DNA of 64,000 bases, from assembly GCA_020832235.1 (NCBI GenBank), contig JAFIEZ010000003.1, positions 256,450-320,449 on the forward strand. The letters are read 5' to 3'. The notes under the pieces were generated by a model. The model was given only the letters and a program-made list of their open reading frames with translations, had not been told where the DNA came from and made no database searches. Below, piece after piece: positions 58,948 through 64,000 of the stretch (positions are counted from its first letter, which is position 1; the number at the start of each line of letters is the position of its first letter). Position numbers and translations under genes: made by a program. The stretch comes from Bacteroidota bacterium (GTDB taxonomy: Bacteria; Bacteroidota; Rhodothermia; Balneolales; HLUCCA01).

Positions 58948-60417
58948 TCAATTAGTTGGGTTTACCAGTTGGAAGTCTCCGAAACCAGTTGTAGCACGAA
59001 ATATAATTGTTTGGTTTGGGTATGTCCATACTTCTGTGGCAACTCCGCCGGGTGGAAGTCTTCTCTCTATATTATCCGGTGGACCATTAACAATATACGT
59101 TCTGCCTTGGTCAGAGTCGAAACCAGCGCGCGATGGTGTACTGAATTCTCGGTATGCGAAGTCGATTCTTCGATAATATTCTGCCATCAGCTCATTAAAC
59201 TTAGTATCGGGGGTAGGGTTTCTTTGCTCCCAGAAATCTCTAAACCATTCTTCTCTTTCTTGTTGGCTGCTTCTGCGAACCTGCCTTAACTCATCACTGC
59301 TTACAATAAAGCGAAGCATATCTATGGCCACATCAAGGTTCAATAAACTGGTGGGCATATTAAACCATCTCGACTGCCAAGTAGTTTCCCCAATTTTTTC
59401 AGATTCACCGTCATTCCATTTGTAAACCTCAGCACGAAACCACGCATTTGCGAACCTATGATTGGGTATTTGAATGGTATGGTGTCGGAGTTCTGAACTA
59501 TCATTAAAATGGATTTCAATTTCAGAAGTGCTGCTAGAAGCGTGAAAACGAATATTTCCTTTGTTAGTGTTATAGTCTGGTTGAATAAAGGCATTCCAAA
59601 CGGTATTACCTCGATTTTCGGAGGAGGGGATGGCGCCAATTTCAAATAGTCGTATTTCAAGAGAGTCTTGCTGCATTTCTGAGGGTACGCTTAATAAAAC
59701 GCTAAAATCCTCACCAAATGATACATTTCTTCCATGGTTTCGTGCAACCAACGGCTCTTGATCTCGCTCAAGCAACGTGATTCTTGCAAAGCTTCCAGTG
59801 TTTAAATCAGGTATTTCAACCAATCCTCGTCGCTGTTGTGCTTCTCTTGCTTCCCTTGCTGCTCTTCTGCCTCTGGGCGTGGCTACAGGCTGCGAGGGTT
59901 GCCTGCCTTGCTGAATAGCGGCAGCCCTTGCACCGGTTACTTCCCTGCCATTAATCGAGATAGTAGGAATGAGTCGGTATGTGTCTGGCGGAAGTGTAAA
60001 TTTTGTAACACCAGACAAATATAACTCAGCGTTCTGTGTGTCTTCAAACTCGGCGACAGTTATAGTGGAACTCCAGGTTTCCCTTGCGATAAATGGTTCA
60101 GATGGTACAGGGTCAGAGTCTCCACTATAAAAATCGAACGTTATAGCCAGGTCAGATGTGAACTGCGTGGTTGTTCGCTCCTGACCTTGTATAAGCTGGC
60201 GTCTGAAATTTAAAAAAGGATGTTGAACTCTGTGTAATATGATTACTTCAGTATTTCCATCAGCTGCCGGTTGATATATGAAATCGAAATGTACATGGCT
60301 GTCTCTATTTTGATTCAACAGCATCTGGTACGTATAGCGGCTCTGAGACTGCAATGTTTGGGAAAAGCCCGTCAGCACTATAATGGTGATCAACCACACC
60401 GATTGGTATATTTTCAT
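58948..60417 (-). CDS. GWxTD-domain protein (secreted)
   Basis: Signal peptide. The C-terminus FWEQRNPTPDTKFNELMAEYYRRIDFAYREFS...GFDSDQGRTYIVNGPPDNIERR...EVWTY matches the GWxTD-domain pattern with a variant core (GFDSD). Confidence 0.75.
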   Translation of the reverse strand: MKIYQSVWLITIIVLTGFSQTLQSQSRYTYQMLLNQNRDSHVHFDFIYQPAADGNTEVIILHRVQHPFLNFRRQLIQGQERTTTQFTSDLAITFDFYSGDSDPVPSEPFIARETWSSTITVAEFEDTQNAELYLSGVTKFTLPPDTYRLIPTISINGREVTGARAAAIQQGRQPSQPVATPRGRRAAREAREAQQRRGLVEIPDLNTGSFARITLLERDQEPLVARNHGRNVSFGEDFSVLLSVPSEMQQDSLEIRLFEIGAIPSSENRGNTVWNAFIQPDYNTNKGNIRFHASSSTSEIEIHFNDSSELRHHTIQIPNHRFANAWFRAEVYKWNDGESEKIGETTWQSRWFNMPTSLLNLDVAIDMLRFIVSSDELRQVRRSSQQEREEWFRDFWEQRNPTPDTKFNELMAEYYRRIDFAYREFSTPSRAGFDSDQGRTYIVNGPPDNIERRLPPGGVATEVWTYPNQTIIFRATTGFGDFQLVNPTN

Positions 60418-60627
60418 GATGAGAGGTTAACGTTGTTTGTTACATATGACTCATATAACGTAGAAAACTACGGCATTATGTTATACAAATCCTATTTCAC
60501 ACAGAATCATTCATAATTTTGCAAATTACATTGCGTAACTAACAATGTCTTTGTCTATTTTTGGCCACGTATGGAAGCGGTTTTCTGCTTCTCCTGCACA
60601 TAATATTCATCGATAAATCGGACATTT

Positions 60628-62232
60628 ATGTCGTTAATGGAACAGCATTGGCAAAGACTGCAGCGTATTGCAGGCAGTATTAAACTCGGAGGCGGTCAGC
60701 GCCGTATTGACAACGAGCACGCTAAAGGCAAACTGACTGCAAGAGAACGGGTATCACTGCTGCTTGATGAGGGGGATGAGTTTGAGGAGTTTGGACTTTT
60801 TGCTGCATACGAAATGTATCAGGAACAAGGCGGGTGTCCAGGGGCTGGGGTAATTACCGGCATGGGCAAAATATCTGGAAGGCGCTGTGTAATTGTAGCA
60901 AATGACGCCACAGTAAAAGCAGGCGCCTGGTTTCCGATGACGGCTAAAAAAAATCTACGAGCTCAGGAAATAGCCATGGAGAACCGTTTGCCTGTTATAT
61001 ATCTGGTTGATTCTGCAGGTGTCTTCTTACCCATGCAAGATGAAATATTTCCGGATAAAGAGCATTTTGGCAGAATTTTCAGAAATAATGCCCAAATGAG
61101 CGCAATGGGTATACCTCAAATTGCTGCCATAATGGGCAGTTGCGTGGCTGGTGGTGCTTATTTACCTATCATGAGTGATGAATCATTGATTGTAGATGGA
61201 ACAGGCAGTGTATTTTTAGCGGGAAGTTATCTTGTTAAAGCCGCAATTGGTGAGCAAGTCGATAATGAAACACTGGGCGGAGCCACAACCCACACTGAAA
61301 TAAGTGGTGTTACCGACTATAAAATGCCAGACGATAAAACATGCCTCGCAACCATAAGAGATCTTGTGAGTAAGCTCGGACCATTTAGCACGGCTGGATT
61401 TAACCGAATCGAACCAAGTGAACCAGAATATGACGCAAAGAAGCTCGATGAAAGCTTTCCTTTTGACCGTAACAGTCCTTACGACGTGATGCACATTATC
61501 AAGTCTATAGTTGATTCACACAGTTTTACTGAATATAAAAAGGGGTATGGTCAGACAATCGTTACCGGCTATGCCAGGGTCGATGGCTGGAGCGTTGGGA
61601 TTGTAGCTAACCAACGGTTAATTGTGAAAAACAAGCAGGGTGAAATGCAAATAGGAGGCGTTATCTACTCAGACAGTGCCGACAAAGCCGCACGATTCAT
61701 CCTCAACTGCAACCAGAAAAAAGTGCCTATCGTATTTCTTCAAGACGTCACGGGTTTTATGGTAGGTAAGCGAAGTGAGCACGGTGGTATCATTAAAGAT
61801 GGTGCAAAAATGGTGAATGCAGTAGCAAACTCTGTCGTACCGAAAATAACAGTTATTACCGGTAACAGCTACGGTGCTGGTAATTACGCCATGTGCGGGA
61901 AGGCATACGATCCAAGGTTTATTTATGCATGGCCATCTGCCAGAATAGCCGTTATGGGTGGAGCGCAGGCTGCTAAAACATTACTTCAGATTGAAATCTC
62001 GAGTAGAGAGAAAAAAGGAGAAATTGTTTCGGAGGAAAAAAAGGAACAGTTTTTAGACGCTATAACTGAAAAGTATGACGTGCAAACCGATGTGAAATAT
62101 GCTGCCTCAAGATTGTGGGTAGATGAGATAATACATCCTGAACAAACTCGAAAAAGAATTTCAGATGCAATTGATGCAGCAAACCACCAACCAGAAATAC
62201 CAGTTTTTAAAACGGGTGTTCTGCAAGTTTAG
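60628..62232 (+). CDS. acyl-CoA carboxylase carboxyltransferase (beta) subunit, methylcrotonoyl/geranyl-CoA carboxylase type
   Basis: 534 aa. GKLTARERVSLLLDEG, VIVANDATVKAGAW, YLVDSAGVFLPMQ, GSCVAGGAYLP, FLQDVTGFMVG and NSYGAGNYAMCG. Confidence 0.9.
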   Translation: MSLMEQHWQRLQRIAGSIKLGGGQRRIDNEHAKGKLTARERVSLLLDEGDEFEEFGLFAAYEMYQEQGGCPGAGVITGMGKISGRRCVIVANDATVKAGAWFPMTAKKNLRAQEIAMENRLPVIYLVDSAGVFLPMQDEIFPDKEHFGRIFRNNAQMSAMGIPQIAAIMGSCVAGGAYLPIMSDESLIVDGTGSVFLAGSYLVKAAIGEQVDNETLGGATTHTEISGVTDYKMPDDKTCLATIRDLVSKLGPFSTAGFNRIEPSEPEYDAKKLDESFPFDRNSPYDVMHIIKSIVDSHSFTEYKKGYGQTIVTGYARVDGWSVGIVANQRLIVKNKQGEMQIGGVIYSDSADKAARFILNCNQKKVPIVFLQDVTGFMVGKRSEHGGIIKDGAKMVNAVANSVVPKITVITGNSYGAGNYAMCGKAYDPRFIYAWPSARIAVMGGAQAAKTLLQIEISSREKKGEIVSEEKKEQFLDAITEKYDVQTDVKYAASRLWVDEIIHPEQTRKRISDAIDAANHQPEIPVFKTGVLQV

Positions 62233-62711
62233 TGATGATGGTTTGGGTTGCTGCAAACATGGGTGTGCTTGTTATTGCGATAAGTTGCATATGCCAGTAT
62301 GGAAACGCCAGTAATCATGCTCGCTAGACGACCAATAAACGCTGCACCATCTGAAAAACTTGAAAATATCGCAGACATGGCGACGTCATGATGATGAGCT
62401 ATAACGAACTGACTCAAAAGAATAAGTAAAAGACCCGTAGTAAAAATACCCAGCAGTCTGAAATTTTTATGCTTCAGCCATGTTGGGATGAACGCTACCA
62501 AACTAACAGGTATAATAGACAGTATGAGTATCATTTCAACAGTCTCGCCCATAAATGCAGAAAGAGCAGGCAAAAGCACAATGACGAAAGGCATGGCCAG
62601 GCAATGTAACAGGCATACCGAGGACAATGTTAGACTGACTCTTGAGAGTAACGTATTTTTTGAGCTAAGCGAATTTTGCAAAACAGTTGGTTCTATTGGC
62701 ATGATGGACAT
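62229..62711 (-). CDS. MerC-like small membrane protein with His-rich segments
   Basis: Four predicted TM helices. LSSVCLLHCLAMPFVIVLLPAL (MerC-like), VIAHHHDV, C-terminal THVCSNPNHHH. Overlaps the upstream Fur-family gene's 3' end by 10-19 nt. Confidence 0.65.
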   Translation of the reverse strand: MSIMPIEPTVLQNSLSSKNTLLSRVSLTLSSVCLLHCLAMPFVIVLLPALSAFMGETVEMILILSIIPVSLVAFIPTWLKHKNFRLLGIFTTGLLLILLSQFVIAHHHDVAMSAIFSSFSDGAAFIGRLASMITGVSILAYATYRNNKHTHVCSNPNHHH

Positions 62712-63124
62712 ACACCATGAAGTCTGATTTCCAGCTCTTTAACCAGAAAACCTTTCTTCATGGACTTAACACTTTGGCCGGACCCTTCGTCTATTGGAAA
62801 GCAGAAAATTTTATCACAATCATCGCAAATAAAATGAGCATGCGTCTTATCTGTGGCAATATCTGCATTATTCTCCGCAAGTACTGCGTACAACCAGCTT
62901 CTGTCTTCTGTAGCTACTTTATGAACAATTCCTTTTTCAGTAAAATGACTTAACGTGCGATATAACGTTACCTTGTCGAAATGCTGGTCTGATAGTAATT
63001 GTGCAATGTCTGCATGTGACATGGCTGTATCTGAATCAATCAAAACACGCAACACTGCTATCCTGACAGGGGTCACTTTGAGTTTGTATTTCTTTAGTAT
63101 AGCGGGTATTGCTTCAGATTTCAT
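62693..63124 (-). CDS. Fur-family metalloregulator (Zur-like)
   Basis: KLKVTPVRIAVLRVLIDS, HADIAQLL, VTLYRTLSHFTEKGIVHKV, HAHFICDDCDKIFC and HGVCPSCQ (two CxxC pairs). ATG at 63124 is preferred over the ORF-track start at 63193. Confidence 0.85.
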   Translation of the reverse strand: MKSEAIPAILKKYKLKVTPVRIAVLRVLIDSDTAMSHADIAQLLSDQHFDKVTLYRTLSHFTEKGIVHKVATEDRSWLYAVLAENNADIATDKTHAHFICDDCDKIFCFPIDEGSGQSVKSMKKGFLVKELEIRLHGVCPSCQ

Positions 63125-63144
63125 ATTTCGAAATATACGCCAAA

Positions 63145-63159
63145 TGCAACTTAGTTGCA
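63145..63159. promoter_or_regulatory. perfect 7-1-7 palindrome, candidate Fur-family operator
   Basis: TGCAACT-T-AGTTGCA, 21-35 nt upstream of the Fur-family start codon. Confidence 0.4.
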
Positions 63160-63296
63160 ATAGAAAAGTGTATCTAAATATACGAAATAACAAAACAAAT
63201 AACGACGACTGGGAGTTCAGATAGCTATTGTTACAAATTCTATAAAGATTTATGTAATTAACTCCCGATATTCTTGCAAAATAAAATACTACTACG

Positions 63297-64000
63297 ATGG
63301 ATAAAACAATTAAAATTGCCTCAGGTCAAGGTTTTTGGGGAGATTTACCAGTTGCGCCTGTTGAGCAGGTAAGAAATGGTGATATAGATTATCTGATGAT
63401 GGATTATCTTGCTGAGGTAACGATGTCTATCATGCAAAAGCAGAAAATGAGAAACCCAGCATTGGGGTATGCAAGAGATTTTGTAGAAGTAGTAAAAGAG
63501 CTGCTTCCCGAAATAACGTCAAATAAGGTTAGAATAGTCAGCAATGCGGGCGGAGTAAACCCACAGGCCTGTGCTAAGGCAATACTTGAATTAGCAAAAC
63601 AAACCGGAAAGTCAATTCGGGTTGCAGTGGTTGATGGAGATGACATACTCGAACAAATTACCTCATTGCTTCATGCAGGCTACAAGCTGGACAATATGGA
63701 AACCGGTGAATCTGTCGAAACAGTTCAGGAAGCTTTATTAAGTGCCAATGTCTATTTCGGGGCTCAGCCAATTGTTGAAGCACTTGAAGGTGGCGCTCAG
63801 GTTGTGATTACAGGAAGAGTTACAGATACAGGCTTATGTCTCGCTCCTATGATTCACGAATTCGGTTGGTCATTTGATGATTTTGATAAAATGGCGGCAG
63901 GAACAGTTGCCGGTCACATATTGGAATGTGGCGCACAGAGCTCAGGTGGTAATTTTACCGACTGGCAGCATGTGCCTGATTTTGTTAATATCGGTTTCCC
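63297..64000 (+). CDS. DUF1446 / AtuA-like (acyclic terpene utilisation) protein, 3' end cut by window edge
   Basis: Absent from the ORF track (runs off the right edge). My translation from ATG 63297 reads MDKTIKIASGQGFWGDLPVAPVEQVRNGDIDYLMMDYLAEVTMSIMQKQKMRNPALGYARDF...RVAVVDGDDIL...VITGRVTDTGL. Confidence 0.8.
   Translation, partial: MDKTIKIASGQGFWGDLPVAPVEQVRNGDIDYLMMDYLAEVTMSIMQKQKMRNPALGYARDFVEVVKELLPEITSNKVRIVSNAGGVNPQACAKAILELAKQTGKSIRVAVVDGDDILEQITSLLHAGYKLDNMETGESVETVQEALLSANVYFGAQPIVEALEGGAQVVITGRVTDTGLCLAPMIHEFGWSFDDFDKMAAGTVAGHILECGAQSSGGNFTDWQHVPDFVNIGF

Overview
Gene-dense chromosomal window (about 90% coding, roughly 48 protein genes). No rRNA, tRNA, CRISPR array, transposase or prophage was visible by eye. 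All family names come from motif reading of the translations; no database search was run. The content points to an FCB-group bacterium, Balneolales/Rhodothermales-like by inference: several proteins end in T9SS-type C-terminal sorting tails, and there are a PorV/PorQ-like barrel, a GWxTD protein, many lipoproteins and TonB-dependent barrels, and TAnnTTTG-like -7 boxes. Housekeeping genes recognised: ppdK (edge-truncated, absent from the ORF track), monomeric icd, msrA, serB, pdxH, trmB, purL, nrdJ, hprK, hpf, a Xer-type recombinase, ftsE, pdxA and an acyl-CoA carboxyltransferase. One clear cis-regulatory RNA is present, a cobalamin riboswitch at about 40884-41056. It precedes btuB and a beta-propeller lipoprotein, which sit directly upstream of the B12-dependent class II RNR. 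The most interesting region is 25.5-39.2 kb. It holds a T9SS-tailed secreted EEP nuclease divergent from a six-gene outer-membrane cluster: two T9SS-tailed proteins, a lipoprotein, a TonB-dependent barrel, a PorV/PorQ-like barrel and an NHL lipoprotein. The cluster has no SusD, no recognisable enzyme and no regulator, so I cannot assign it to a characterised system. Other points: a sensor kinase look-alike with every catalytic motif degenerate (phospho-His replaced by Met); a frameshifted 973-aa outer-membrane barrel gene; a strong intrinsic terminator 7 nt before the third gene of the cluster; a possible carotenoid-tailoring trio; and a Fur-family/MerC-like pair with a perfect palindromic operator candidate.
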